Part shown: one piece after another, positions 1-9,931 of the stretch
Layout: every line of letters begins with the position of its first letter
Numbering within the stretch: the first letter of the stretch is position 1
Origin: Acidobacteriota bacterium
GTDB lineage: Bacteria; Acidobacteriota; UBA6911
Assembly: GCA_963664705.1 (NCBI GenBank)
Contig: OY761556.1
Span: forward strand, 1,600,001-1,664,000
Length of the DNA: 64,000 bases
Direction: 5' to 3'
Notes under the pieces: generated by a model
Databases searched by the model: none
The model's input: the letters and a program-made list of their open reading frames with translations, nothing else
Told to the model about the DNA's origin: nothing
Program-made: the position numbers and the translations under genes

Positions 1-123
1 TTCTTTATGGCCGGCTGCGGCTGTGACATAATTGGGGGAACCAATGTCCCGGATGCTTCGTACTCAGAGTGACCTAATTTACGCAACCTTTGTCGTGCCG
101 ATTCCCAAGGAGGGGATCCTTCC

Positions 124-2883
124 ATGAGTACAACCTGCCAAAGGTGTAAATATGTTGCTTTTGTGATTGTGGCGTTGTTTTGCGCCACTTTGTATGCGCA
201 GCAGTCGCCCGTGCCGTTGCCGACGGGCGTGCAGTATGTAACAAGCGTTGAAGGCATCAGTGAATACCGGCTGCAGAATGGGCTGCGCGTTCTGCTTTTT
301 CCGGATCCTACGAAAACCAACATCACGGTCAACATCACCTATATGGTCGGATCCCGGCATGAGGATTACGGCGAAACCGGGATGGCCCATTTGCTAGAGC
401 ACCTGATGTTCATGGGTTCGAAAAACCACACTGACATTAAAAAAGAGCTGCAGGATCATGGTACTCAACCGAACGGTTCCACTTCTTTTGACCGCACCAA
501 TTACTTCGAAACCTTCCAGGCGACGGAGGACAATCTCAAGTGGGCGTTGGCAATGGAAGCCGACCGAATGGTGAATTCGTTCATCGCCAAGAAAGACCTG
601 GACAGCGAAATGACGGTTGTCCGCAATGAATTTGAAATGGGTGAAAACGATCCCCTGGGAATTCTTCAGGAACGGTGTCTGTCCACGGCATTTCTCTGGC
701 ACAATTATGGGCATTCACCCATTGGCGCCCGTTCGGATATCGAGCGCGTGCCCATCGACAGGTTGCAGGCCTTCTACCGGCATTTTTATCAGCCGGATAA
801 TGCAATGCTGGTTGTGGCAGGGAAGATTGATGAAGCGAAAACGCTTGCCCTGGTGAACCAGTTTTATTCCCCAATTGCCAAGCCGACGCGCCAGCTGCGC
901 GTGACTTACACGGCAGAGCCGACTCAGGATGGCGAGCGTTCGGTGACGCTGCGCCGGGTTGGCGATATCCAGGCGCTGTTTGCGCTGTATCACGTGCCTT
1001 CCGGCACACACGAGGACTTCCCGGCCGTAGAGATTGCTTCCACGATCCTGGGCGAACAGCCGGCGGGCCGCCTTTATAAGGCCCTTGTCGAGCCGGGAAA
1101 GGCTGCGGCCGTGGGCTCAGGCACATTGCGTGTGATGGATCCGGGCGTCATGCTTGCCTTTGCTGCCGTGCGCACGGAACGATCTCTGGACGATGTGCAA
1201 GCCATCATGCTTTCTCTGCTTGACGACCTCAAATCCAAGCCCTTTACCGATGAAGAGGTGAACCGCTCGAAGACACAGTTTGCCAAAGGCTTTGAGCTGT
1301 TGATGAACAATTCGCAGAATGCGGCAAGGAATCTGAGCGAATGGCAGGCGATGGGGGATTGGCGTCTTTTATTCCTGTATCGGGACCGCATCCAGAAGGT
1401 CACCCGTGCTCAGGTTCAGCAGGCTGCGGAGAAATATTTCATCGCAACGAACCGCACCCTTGGCAAGTTCTATCCGGACAATAATCCTATGCGTGCCGAA
1501 GTGCCCGCGCCTCCGGATGTGAATGCTCTTGTCAAGGACTACAAAAGCTCCGTGAAGACGGCAAAGGGCGAGGAATTCGATCCCTCGCCGGTGAACATCG
1601 ATAAGATGACGGTTCGTACCGATCTGAAGGGAGGACCAAAGCTGTCTTTTCTGGGCAAGAAATCCCGGGGTGAGCAGGTCAATTTTGTAATCGGTCTCCG
1701 GTTTGGCGACGAAGCTTCCTTGAAAGGGCGAGCCAACGAGGGCGGAATCGTTGCGCAAATGCTGATGCGTGGTACAGCCAGGCATACGCGGCAGCAGATC
1801 AAGGATGAATTCGATAAGCTCAAAGCTCAGGTCGGTATCTCGGGTAGCCCGAGTGGCGCATCGGCCACGGTTCAGACAACCAGGGAAAACCTGAAGCCCG
1901 TTCTGGATTTGCTGGCCGAAGTTTTGAAGGAGCCCACATTTCCGCAAAATGAATTCGAGGAGCTGAAACAACTGGCCCTGGCCTCGCTGGAATATCAGAA
2001 AAGTGATCCCCAGGCTATGGCCACCATGGCGGTGCAGCGTTATATATCGCCTTACCCTAAAGGCGATGTCCGTTACGTGTCTACCATGGAAGAACAGATT
2101 GAGGATGCAAAAGCTCTGGATCTGGAAAAGGTCAAAGCATTCTATAAGGATTTTTACGGCGCTTCGGACAGCCTGATTACTTTTGTTGGTGATTTCGATG
2201 ACGGCGAAACACAGAAGCAAATTTCCAGCCTTTTTGAGAACTGGAAAAGCCCGAAAAAATTTGTTCGGATAGAAAACAAATATCGCAATCTCGGGCCGAA
2301 GGCGGAGGTGTTTCAGGCACCCGACAAGCCGAACGCCATGTGGATTGGCGCTTCCGTGTTCAAGATGAGCGATGCGGATCCGGATTATGCGGCCATGACG
2401 CTGGCAGGCTACATTTTTGGAAGCAGCCCCATGAATTCCCGGCTTTTCGCCCGCATACGAAACAAGGAGGGATTGAGCTACGGTGTAGGCAGCCAGTTCG
2501 CCATTCCAACGGGCGATGATATGGGTGTGGTGTTTGCCTATGCGATCTGCGCTCCACAAAATGCTCCCAAGGTGGAGGCAATTTTTAAGGAAGAATTAGG
2601 CCTGATGCTTGAAAAGGGCTTCACAGCCGAGGAGGTCGAAGCTGCGAAGAAGAGTTGGTTGCAGCTGCAACAGGTGACCCGCGCCCAGGAGTCTAATCTC
2701 GTGGCCCTGTTGAATGCGCGACGACTCTGGGACCGGACTATGGCTTTCGATCTGGATCTCGAGAAGAAGATTGCCGCGCTGACGCCGGAGCAGTTGCAGT
2801 CCGCCGTTCGCAGGCATCTCGATCCCGCGCAGTTCAGCTTTTTCCGCGCGGGTGATTTCAAAAAGGCCAACGTTACCTGGTAA
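124..2883 (+). CDS. Secreted M16 (pitrilysin/PqqL-like) zinc metallopeptidase, 919 aa
   Basis: N-terminal signal peptide, inverted zincin motif HLLEH, NGSTSFDRTNY, and C-terminal RNKEGLSYG motif typical of two-lobed M16 peptidases. Confidence 0.93.
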   Translation: MSTTCQRCKYVAFVIVALFCATLYAQQSPVPLPTGVQYVTSVEGISEYRLQNGLRVLLFPDPTKTNITVNITYMVGSRHEDYGETGMAHLLEHLMFMGSKNHTDIKKELQDHGTQPNGSTSFDRTNYFETFQATEDNLKWALAMEADRMVNSFIAKKDLDSEMTVVRNEFEMGENDPLGILQERCLSTAFLWHNYGHSPIGARSDIERVPIDRLQAFYRHFYQPDNAMLVVAGKIDEAKTLALVNQFYSPIAKPTRQLRVTYTAEPTQDGERSVTLRRVGDIQALFALYHVPSGTHEDFPAVEIASTILGEQPAGRLYKALVEPGKAAAVGSGTLRVMDPGVMLAFAAVRTERSLDDVQAIMLSLLDDLKSKPFTDEEVNRSKTQFAKGFELLMNNSQNAARNLSEWQAMGDWRLLFLYRDRIQKVTRAQVQQAAEKYFIATNRTLGKFYPDNNPMRAEVPAPPDVNALVKDYKSSVKTAKGEEFDPSPVNIDKMTVRTDLKGGPKLSFLGKKSRGEQVNFVIGLRFGDEASLKGRANEGGIVAQMLMRGTARHTRQQIKDEFDKLKAQVGISGSPSGASATVQTTRENLKPVLDLLAEVLKEPTFPQNEFEELKQLALASLEYQKSDPQAMATMAVQRYISPYPKGDVRYVSTMEEQIEDAKALDLEKVKAFYKDFYGASDSLITFVGDFDDGETQKQISSLFENWKSPKKFVRIENKYRNLGPKAEVFQAPDKPNAMWIGASVFKMSDADPDYAAMTLAGYIFGSSPMNSRLFARIRNKEGLSYGVGSQFAIPTGDDMGVVFAYAICAPQNAPKVEAIFKEELGLMLEKGFTAEEVEAAKKSWLQLQQVTRAQESNLVALLNARRLWDRTMAFDLDLEKKIAALTPEQLQSAVRRHLDPAQFSFFRAGDFKKANVTW

Positions 2884-2901
2884 GCGTGGAGTGTCGAAGT
2901 G

Positions 2902-2949
2902 GTGGAATTCGTGGCAGGTCGGCAGTTGCCTTTTTGCCACGAATTCCAC
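2902..2949. repeat. REP-like palindrome, family A (GTGGAATTCGTGGCA...TGCCACGAATTCCAC)
   Basis: Perfect 15-bp inverted repeat with an 18-nt loop between convergent genes; related copies at 48408 and 51351, degenerate copy near 9450-9520. Confidence 0.8.
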
Positions 2950-2957
2950 GAGCCAAC

Positions 2958-3467
2958 CTATTTGTTCAGCTTCTTTGCATCCTCATCCTGATAGGCCACT
3001 TTCTTTCCTGAGCGGGCTTCAAGAATCCGGAGAGTTGTCCGTACTATATCCTTGCCCAACTCAAAAACAGCGACCTGTTCCTTGCCGGAATCGTCCAAAT
3101 ATCCGACGGTGATGAAATGCTTTCGCTTCTTTGACAAAAGCATGAATAACCCGACCGGACTGATCAATATAGCGGTTGCAATGGAAGCCCCCACCCTGCG
3201 GCCGACCTTTTGGCCGTATTCAATATCAATAAAGCGCTTGTATGGGATCGCATAGGCTTTATGCCTTTCATTCAAGCTATATTCAAACCTCAATTCGGTT
3301 TCGTTATCCGTATCCAGGTAGCCTTCGACCGCTTCTTTGGCTCCCAGGAAATCCTTTTCTCTTGTTGTTCCTCCGTGATAAGCAGCCTTTCGGCTTCCGA
3401 TACCGGCAAGACCAGTTGCGGCCGTTATAAATGAAAAAATCAGGCAAAGAGCGATTAATTTTTTCAT
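2958..3467 (-). CDS. Hypothetical exported/membrane protein
   Basis: ATG at 3467 preceded by GAGGAG; signal peptide MKKLIALCLIFSFITAATGLA; internal hydrophobic segment. Confidence 0.7.
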   Translation of the reverse strand: MKKLIALCLIFSFITAATGLAGIGSRKAAYHGGTTREKDFLGAKEAVEGYLDTDNETELRFEYSLNERHKAYAIPYKRFIDIEYGQKVGRRVGASIATAILISPVGLFMLLSKKRKHFITVGYLDDSGKEQVAVFELGKDIVRTTLRILEARSGKKVAYQDEDAKKLNK

Positions 3468-3559
3468 CAAGTATCTCCTCTCATCAAGAAAGGCCAATGG
3501 CGCATTAACAACAAGCTGCCGTGCCTTCTGCCAAAGTGAATGCATCTTTGAGCGGATGA

Positions 3560-5344
3560 CTAATATTCCAATTTCCTTCTCAGATTGTTAACCAGCCGTT
3601 CCGCGATTTTTTTCGGCCCTCCCTTTTTGACAATTCCCAAAATCGGAGACTTATCGCCGGCTTCAGCCCTCCACAAAACGGTCGATCCCTTCAAATCGGT
3701 GAGGGTGGCGGATCCTATGTTATCGTCCTTCATGCCCAGGTAGCCGCCCGTAACCTTGGAGCCGGTATCCCCCAAATTTTCCACCACTTCTCCCTGAAGA
3801 ACGGCGTCAGCTTCCTCTTTGCGTGAAACAACGCGCACGCGGCCCCACAGTTGTTTTTCGATTTCTGACTTAATGAATTCATCCAACTGACCGGGCATTT
3901 TCTCAACGAAAATTTTTCGGACCTCATGCAGCGACTTCGCACCCGTCGAGGTGGAAGCGGAGGCTGGGGGTTCGGCCTTCGGGACAGTCGCAGATTCGAC
4001 AGGTTTTGGAGGCTCGCTGGCAACCAGACTGAGCGGTGGATTTAACGACACGGGAGTTGTTCGAGGCGGCTCGCCTGCCGGAGGCGCCTCCGGCCTAGAT
4101 CCCATATCTGGAATCCCCGAGCCCTTGGGATCACCCTTTGTTCCTCTTTCTTTTGGGCTGATTTTAATCTGTTCCCGGGGTAATTCGGAAGCGGGCTTAG
4201 TCTGGAATATTTCAATCGGTACCAAATCCCCGGAACTTGCAGGCTCTGCAGGCTTCGGAGGTTGGGCAACCACCAACGGCTGGCGAATCGCCTGTGTGGT
4301 TTGCGGCAATGAGGCCGCCGTTTGCATTGCTTGTTCCTGAGCAGAACGACGATGGTGGATAGCCAGGAACAATCCAGCAAAAACGATTGTCGCGCAGGCT
4401 GCAAGTCCGATCCACTTCAGCGGAAGTTCCTTCGATGCAAGAGTCGGGTCTATCGGTTGTTGTGCCGTTGCGGATATTGAGGTCGGATCCAGCCTTGTTG
4501 GCATCGTGCCTGTCCGTGCAACCGCAGCCGGCGTTCCCGTACCGGCAATCAACGCATTGCGGAATTCCTCGGCGGAGCGGAAGCGCTGATCGCGAGATTT
4601 GGCAAGCGCCTTGATCAATAAATCATTTACCCACGGCGGGTATTTGAATCCCGTATTCTGCAAAGCGGGCGGGGGCTGATTTAAATGAGCCTGCATCAGA
4701 TCATAATCGGTATTGGCTGTGAAGGGGAGTTGCCCGGAAATAGCTTCATACATCACAATCCCTACCGAATAGAGATCCGAGCGTATATCGGCCTCCTCTC
4801 CCCTGATCCGCTCAGGTGCCAGGTACTCGAGCGTCCCGATGATTCGCCCGTCGCGGGTCATTCTAGAAGATCCCAATATGCGGGCAATGCCGAAATCGGT
4901 CACCTTAACGCGTCCATTATCTGTAATCATGATGTTGGCAGGTTTTATATCGCGATGTAAAACTCCCATTGCATCGGCATGCTCCATGCCGTCCAGTGTT
5001 TGTGTGAGTATTTCTGCGACATATTGCGGGGCTAGGCGGCCGGAACGGCGCATCAGGTTTTCCAGGGTCTCGCCTCTGACAAACTCCATCACCATATAGT
5101 AATTCTCGCCTTCCCGGAAAAAGCTGTACAAAGTGGCGATGCAGGGGTGATTGAGGCGTGCCAGTGTCACTGCTTCGACTCGAAACCGTTCGATCACTTC
5201 GGGATTCCGCGCGATTTCCGCTCGCAGCATCTTGATGGCAACGGGACGCTCCACCATGACGTCAACGCCTTCGTAAACAGCGCCCATACCGCCCTGGCCC
5301 AGCTCGCGAATCACGCGATAGTTTCCTACGATAGTCCCTATCAT
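3560..5344 (-). CDS. Hanks-type Ser/Thr protein kinase with TM helix, Pro-rich linker and extracytoplasmic domain
   Basis: GQGGMG, VAIK, HRDIKPAN, DFG and APE motifs; TM segment WIGLAACATIVFAGLFLAI. Confidence 0.95.
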   Translation of the reverse strand: MIGTIVGNYRVIRELGQGGMGAVYEGVDVMVERPVAIKMLRAEIARNPEVIERFRVEAVTLARLNHPCIATLYSFFREGENYYMVMEFVRGETLENLMRRSGRLAPQYVAEILTQTLDGMEHADAMGVLHRDIKPANIMITDNGRVKVTDFGIARILGSSRMTRDGRIIGTLEYLAPERIRGEEADIRSDLYSVGIVMYEAISGQLPFTANTDYDLMQAHLNQPPPALQNTGFKYPPWVNDLLIKALAKSRDQRFRSAEEFRNALIAGTGTPAAVARTGTMPTRLDPTSISATAQQPIDPTLASKELPLKWIGLAACATIVFAGLFLAIHHRRSAQEQAMQTAASLPQTTQAIRQPLVVAQPPKPAEPASSGDLVPIEIFQTKPASELPREQIKISPKERGTKGDPKGSGIPDMGSRPEAPPAGEPPRTTPVSLNPPLSLVASEPPKPVESATVPKAEPPASASTSTGAKSLHEVRKIFVEKMPGQLDEFIKSEIEKQLWGRVRVVSRKEEADAVLQGEVVENLGDTGSKVTGGYLGMKDDNIGSATLTDLKGSTVLWRAEAGDKSPILGIVKKGGPKKIAERLVNNLRRKLEY

Positions 5345-6207
5345 CGGATCACCTCATATTGCGCTGTGTCTTTTAATACTGTTTGCCCGCCGTTTGTGGC
5401 GGAGATTACCACAACAACAAGCGTGATATTGTCGTAGCCGCCCCGATCGCGAGCTTTCTGAATCAGGTTCCTGCAAGCCGTCGCGGGCTCCATATCCCAA
5501 ACCATCCGCTTCATCTCGGCGTCGGAAACAAGATCGTGTAAACCGTCGGAGCAAAGCAGGAAGACATCGCGAGGCTTGACCATCATGGATTCCGGCCAAG
5601 CCATCAATGTCAGGTCTTCGCGGGTGCCCATGGCATGAGTCAAAACATTGCGGTCCGTGTGATGCCTCGCTTCATCCAGCGTAAGCAATCCTTTGCGGAC
5701 CATTTCCATGCATTGTGTATGATCCTCCGAAAGCTGGTAAATCTCCCCTTCCCGCACCAGATAAAGCCGGCTATCTCCTACATGAACGGCCCAAAGCTGA
5801 AGCCCCTCAATGACGATAGCGGTGCATGTCGTCCCCATGCCTGCCAGCGCGGGATTTTGTTTTGCCTGCTTTCGGATTGCCAGATGGGCCTTGTGAAACG
5901 CTTTTTCCAGCGCTTCTCCCGGATTTCCCTGAAGTATTGAATATTCCCGCTCCACTGTTTCCACGGCAATGCGGCTGGCCACTTCGCCTGCCCGGTAGCC
6001 GCCCATACCATCGGCCACAATTGCAAGCAAGCTATGCTCTGCTTTGCTGCCGCCATGGACGTGGACGATCCTGGCGTTATCTTCATTGGATTGCCGGCAG
6101 CATCCCGGATCGCTCAGCATGCAGGCTACCGGTTCGCCTATCTCTGACGCGTCCGGCTTTGCCGCAATTTCGCCGGACTTTTGCTTGTCTTTGCGGGTCC
6201 AGAGCAT
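5341..6207 (-). CDS. PP2C/PPM-family Ser/Thr phosphatase (Stp1/PrpC-like)
   Basis: RQSNED, VADGMGG, MGTT, HVGDSR, LLCSDGL and GGYDNIT motifs. Confidence 0.95.
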   Translation of the reverse strand: MLWTRKDKQKSGEIAAKPDASEIGEPVACMLSDPGCCRQSNEDNARIVHVHGGSKAEHSLLAIVADGMGGYRAGEVASRIAVETVEREYSILQGNPGEALEKAFHKAHLAIRKQAKQNPALAGMGTTCTAIVIEGLQLWAVHVGDSRLYLVREGEIYQLSEDHTQCMEMVRKGLLTLDEARHHTDRNVLTHAMGTREDLTLMAWPESMMVKPRDVFLLCSDGLHDLVSDAEMKRMVWDMEPATACRNLIQKARDRGGYDNITLVVVVISATNGGQTVLKDTAQYEVIR

Positions 6208-7446
6208 CTAATGATCCTTTCTGGATTTCAGAACATAGGTATAGACGCTCCGCTCGCTCACATCAAATTGAATGGGCAGATCCTCAAAGCCATCACGTCG
6301 CAGTATCAAGTCCACATTTTCACCGACATGTGCCTTTATCTGAAATGGCGTCACTCCGACGGGCCTTTCTTCGCGGAGGACCTGAGCGGCTCCGTCCATA
6401 GTATCCACTGTAATGGTTTTAATGCCGCCCTCCAAACCGGGATAGTGAGCAGAGACGGCGTCTCCTTCGTTGATTTCTGTATGAATCGCTGTGGCGCCGG
6501 GGACATTCTCCGGAGTGCCTTTTCTTCCGAAGAGTCCATAGGATATTGCTATGACGACCAGCAGGACGGCGACTGAAATCCATGCCCAGGTTCGACGGAC
6601 ACGAGAAATCCACGTCGGCTGGGCCGGGACCGCTCGCTGCCCGACAGCCGATAGTTCCTGAAAGAGCTCAAAAGCGGTAGCGTAGCGACGGGAAGGTTCT
6701 TTCTGCAAACAGCGAACGACAATTCTACTGATGACGTCCGGCACATTCGGCCTCATCTGTTGAACAGGAACGTAGTCGGCCGAAAGTATCCGCTGATAGA
6801 TCTCGTGTGTTGTATTTGCCTCGAAGGGGAGATGCCCTGTGAGCAGCTCATAGAACAGCACGCCGAGCTGCCACACATCGGTGGGGAAGCCGGCCGACTC
6901 ACCGCGGACCTGTTCGGGTGCGAGCGACTCTGTAGTTCCCACGACAGAGCCCATGTGCGTCAAGCGGTCGGAGCGCTGGTGCCGCGCAATGCCGAAATCG
7001 AGAATTTTGACCTGGCCTGACTTGCTTATCTTGATATTGCTGGTTTTCAAATCGCGGTGAACGACTCCCTGGGCATGAAAGTGGGCAATGCCGGATGCGA
7101 CTTCACGAAGAATGCGAGCGGCTTCGACGGGAGGCAAGGCGCCTCGCTCCCGGACAATGGACGACAGCGTTTCGCCGTTGACATATTCCATCAGGATGCA
7201 GGGGCGCCCCTGGTACTCATAAAATCCCAGATACTCCGCCACGCTGGGGTGCTTAAGGCTAGCCTGGATGCTGGCTTCGTTATAGAACCGCTGCAAGGCT
7301 GGTCCGTCGGTCATGTTAGGCGAAAGTACCTTTACCGCGATCACACGGCCGAGATGCGTGTGCACGGCCTTGTACACCTCGCCCATACCCCCAGCCCCCA
7401 GGAGCTCCTCCAGTCGATATTCCCCGATCAAGGCGTTTGTCAACAT
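6208..7446 (-). CDS. Ser/Thr protein kinase with TM helix and C-terminal PEGA-like domain
   Basis: GAGGMG, IAVK, HRDLKTSN, DFG and APE motifs; C-terminus VGVTP...RRDGFE resembles PEGA. Confidence 0.93.
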   Translation of the reverse strand: MLTNALIGEYRLEELLGAGGMGEVYKAVHTHLGRVIAVKVLSPNMTDGPALQRFYNEASIQASLKHPSVAEYLGFYEYQGRPCILMEYVNGETLSSIVRERGALPPVEAARILREVASGIAHFHAQGVVHRDLKTSNIKISKSGQVKILDFGIARHQRSDRLTHMGSVVGTTESLAPEQVRGESAGFPTDVWQLGVLFYELLTGHLPFEANTTHEIYQRILSADYVPVQQMRPNVPDVISRIVVRCLQKEPSRRYATAFELFQELSAVGQRAVPAQPTWISRVRRTWAWISVAVLLVVIAISYGLFGRKGTPENVPGATAIHTEINEGDAVSAHYPGLEGGIKTITVDTMDGAAQVLREERPVGVTPFQIKAHVGENVDLILRRDGFEDLPIQFDVSERSVYTYVLKSRKDH

Positions 7447-7474
7447 AGCCTTGGTCTCCCGGCTTTGACGGGTT

Positions 7475-9190
7475 TTACTGTTGAGCGGCAGGCTTGACGC
7501 CCATCAATTCAATGCCATAGCGAATGGGGACGGCGCCGCTTGCATTTGCGTCCGCATGAATTCCCAGGGTGTAGATGCCTACCACTCTGCCTTGAGCATC
7601 AAACATCGGCCCGCCGCTATTGCCGCCCCCCGTGGAGTTGATGGTCAGCTGATAATAGTCGCCGGCGAAAACAGCCCCTTCCGTAATGGCAGTCGCCCCC
7701 CTCAAAATACGGCCGATATTTCCCGCCGAGAGAGTCGGATCCGGGATTTCTTTTACGCTGACCTGCTGGTTTAGAACATCGCGGGAAGCAGCCACGCCCA
7801 AAACCTTATCTGAAAAGCCCGGATACCCCAACACAACGACCTGATCTCCAACCTTGATAGTGTCGTAATTATCGCTCAGCTCGACTTTCTTCAATGTCTG
7901 CGGAATCTCGATCTTGACCATGGCTACATCGTTCCGATCCGATACACGCGCCAGCTTGGCAGGAATGCGGATGCGGTTCTTGGCGAAGGCAACGTCCAGA
8001 TAATCGTTTCGACCCTCCAGTGCCTTGCCACGCGGCATAATGGCAGGAAGCGAGCGCAGGGTAGCGAGATCAAGGGACGAAGACGTAACAACCTTGGCCT
8101 GCGAGGGAATCCATCGGGGGAAATCCTGATTTGAAATGGCCTTTATCTGTACCTTCCCTTTTTCGCCGCTTACCAAAACCAATCCCGCGCGAGCCGGAAA
8201 ATCATAAATGGCATGCCAGGCGGCCGCCACATGACGGTTGGTTAGAATAAATCCATCGTTGCTGACCACAAAGCCGCTGCCGGAATGATTGCCTCCGATG
8301 GCTTGATTCTTGCCGCCGTTATCATCGGTGGACAGGAGCGGTTCATACTTGCCGTCCTGAACAAGGAAAACCGGCAGCATGACATCGCCGAGCCCCTGCG
8401 CCAGTTCTGTCTCCTGCTGTTTTCCATTTTCCCCCTTTACCTTTTGCACATTGGGGACAGCCACATGATAGAGCTGTTTTCCGGTAGAGGTATCCACCAG
8501 CACCCAGCCCACCTCGAACAAAACTGTGGAATCGGTGTTCGCCTGTGCGATCTGGGTAGGGGTGAGCCCGTTGGGGGCAAGCTTCTGTTCAATTCTCTGA
8601 ATAACGGGTTGGGGCTTGGTAAAGTATAGCCATGCGGCAACAGCCGCCACGATTACCAGAACCGCGGCAATCGCCCAATACGTTATTTTCTGGCTCTGCT
8701 TTTTTGTCTCAAAGATCATCCGTTCCACGGTAGCCTTGCCCACCGTTGCGGACTGCGGGTTCGCAGCCGTTGAAGCCTCTCGTGTGGGCGAAACGCTGGT
8801 ATAGGTTGGGATGATCGGGCTGTCCGCCAGACGCGTGGGTTTTACCATGCTGGCAGGACGTGGAGTGATGTCGAATTCGAATTCCGGTCCGCCGGGGCCC
8901 AGCCGGATGAGATCGCTGCAGTTCAGCTTTACCGGTCCAAAAATCCGCTGATTGTTGACGAATGTCCCGTTCCGGCTCCCCAGATCCTCAATCGTGTAAT
9001 CTGCCGGATCGCCGGCGGAAGCAGTGATTTTTGCATGCCGACGGCTGACGAGATCATTGTCAGGATCAAATTTCACATCACAAGAGGGGTCACGGCCTAC
9101 AGTCAGTTCCCGCTTTTGGGCTACGGGAAATTCTTCCATTTGCCCCGATTTTGCTGCATGAAGGTGTTTCACGAGAATGCGCGATTCCAT
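7475..9190 (-). CDS. FHA domain - TM - trypsin-like serine protease
   Basis: FHA motifs VGR, VSRRHA, DLGSRNGTFVN; TM helix; catalytic triad in TNRHV, NDVA, GNSGGP. Confidence 0.92.
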   Translation of the reverse strand: MESRILVKHLHAAKSGQMEEFPVAQKRELTVGRDPSCDVKFDPDNDLVSRRHAKITASAGDPADYTIEDLGSRNGTFVNNQRIFGPVKLNCSDLIRLGPGGPEFEFDITPRPASMVKPTRLADSPIIPTYTSVSPTREASTAANPQSATVGKATVERMIFETKKQSQKITYWAIAAVLVIVAAVAAWLYFTKPQPVIQRIEQKLAPNGLTPTQIAQANTDSTVLFEVGWVLVDTSTGKQLYHVAVPNVQKVKGENGKQQETELAQGLGDVMLPVFLVQDGKYEPLLSTDDNGGKNQAIGGNHSGSGFVVSNDGFILTNRHVAAAWHAIYDFPARAGLVLVSGEKGKVQIKAISNQDFPRWIPSQAKVVTSSSLDLATLRSLPAIMPRGKALEGRNDYLDVAFAKNRIRIPAKLARVSDRNDVAMVKIEIPQTLKKVELSDNYDTIKVGDQVVVLGYPGFSDKVLGVAASRDVLNQQVSVKEIPDPTLSAGNIGRILRGATAITEGAVFAGDYYQLTINSTGGGNSGGPMFDAQGRVVGIYTLGIHADANASGAVPIRYGIELMGVKPAAQQ

Positions 9191-9448
9191 GGGACCTCCT
9201 AGCCGGTTTTTTATTGGTATTGCTTTTGGAATAGCAGGCTACTTGCATAGGAAATTAGCTGCTGTAGCACGCAAGAAGTTGGGTTTATGGCTTTGATTCC
9301 TGGAGGGACTATACTCCAGTCATGTCGATAAAGTAAAGGACCGATGCGGCTGCTAATATTATTAAATATATACGTTTACGAGTATGTATAGGGAATAGCA
9401 AATTTGTATACATGATTGCCTTATATTAATGGCCAAGAGTTGATTGAA

Positions 9449-9520
9449 TTGTGAAATTAGTTGAATTTATTGGCGGGTTTTCAGCTTAATTGGTGCCACG
9501 AATTACACAAATTGCACGAA
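9449..9520. repeat. Degenerate family A REP-like palindrome with 9-nt sub-repeats
   Basis: TGCCACGAATTACAC-AAATTGCACGAA arm with a degenerate complementary arm upstream. Confidence 0.5.
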
Positions 9521-9862
9521 GTTTTCACATTTCCGCAATCCCGATTGGTTGTTTCACTCTCCTGTTCATTGGATATACGTAGTTTTTTCGAGAACCGCTT
9601 TGTGTGCCAAGGGCGTGTAGCCAAGGAGCTTTGCTGCCTGGGGATTGCAGAAAAGGAGTGCGAGGGTTCTGCATGGCCACAACAAAGCTAAAACCGATAG
9701 ATACACTCCTAGAATTCGAACTTAATCGGCGGGGCACAGGCTTGCCATTACCAAATCTTACCGTGGCGAATTCGCCTATATTGGAAGCGGAATTGAGGGC
9801 ACTAGTTGGCTGGGGACGCGATCGCCTAAATGAATAGTACTAAAATATACGTTATTTGTGCT

Positions 9863-9889
9863 GCAGTGATTTGCCCGGTTTGCCGATAA
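9863..9889 (+). promoter_or_regulatory. Candidate sigma28 (FliA) promoter
   Basis: Perfect -10 box GCCGATAA at 9882-9889, 42 nt before a chemoreceptor gene; the -35 match is weak. Confidence 0.45.
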
Positions 9890-9931
9890 CAAACGCGTTC
9901 TAAGGTTAGAACACTATAAGGAGCGGAAACT

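Noticed and set aside
1369-2559. 396-aa minus-strand ORF
   Set aside because: Antisense shadow of the M16 peptidase with no protein-like features; the same applies to most short nested ORFs in the track.
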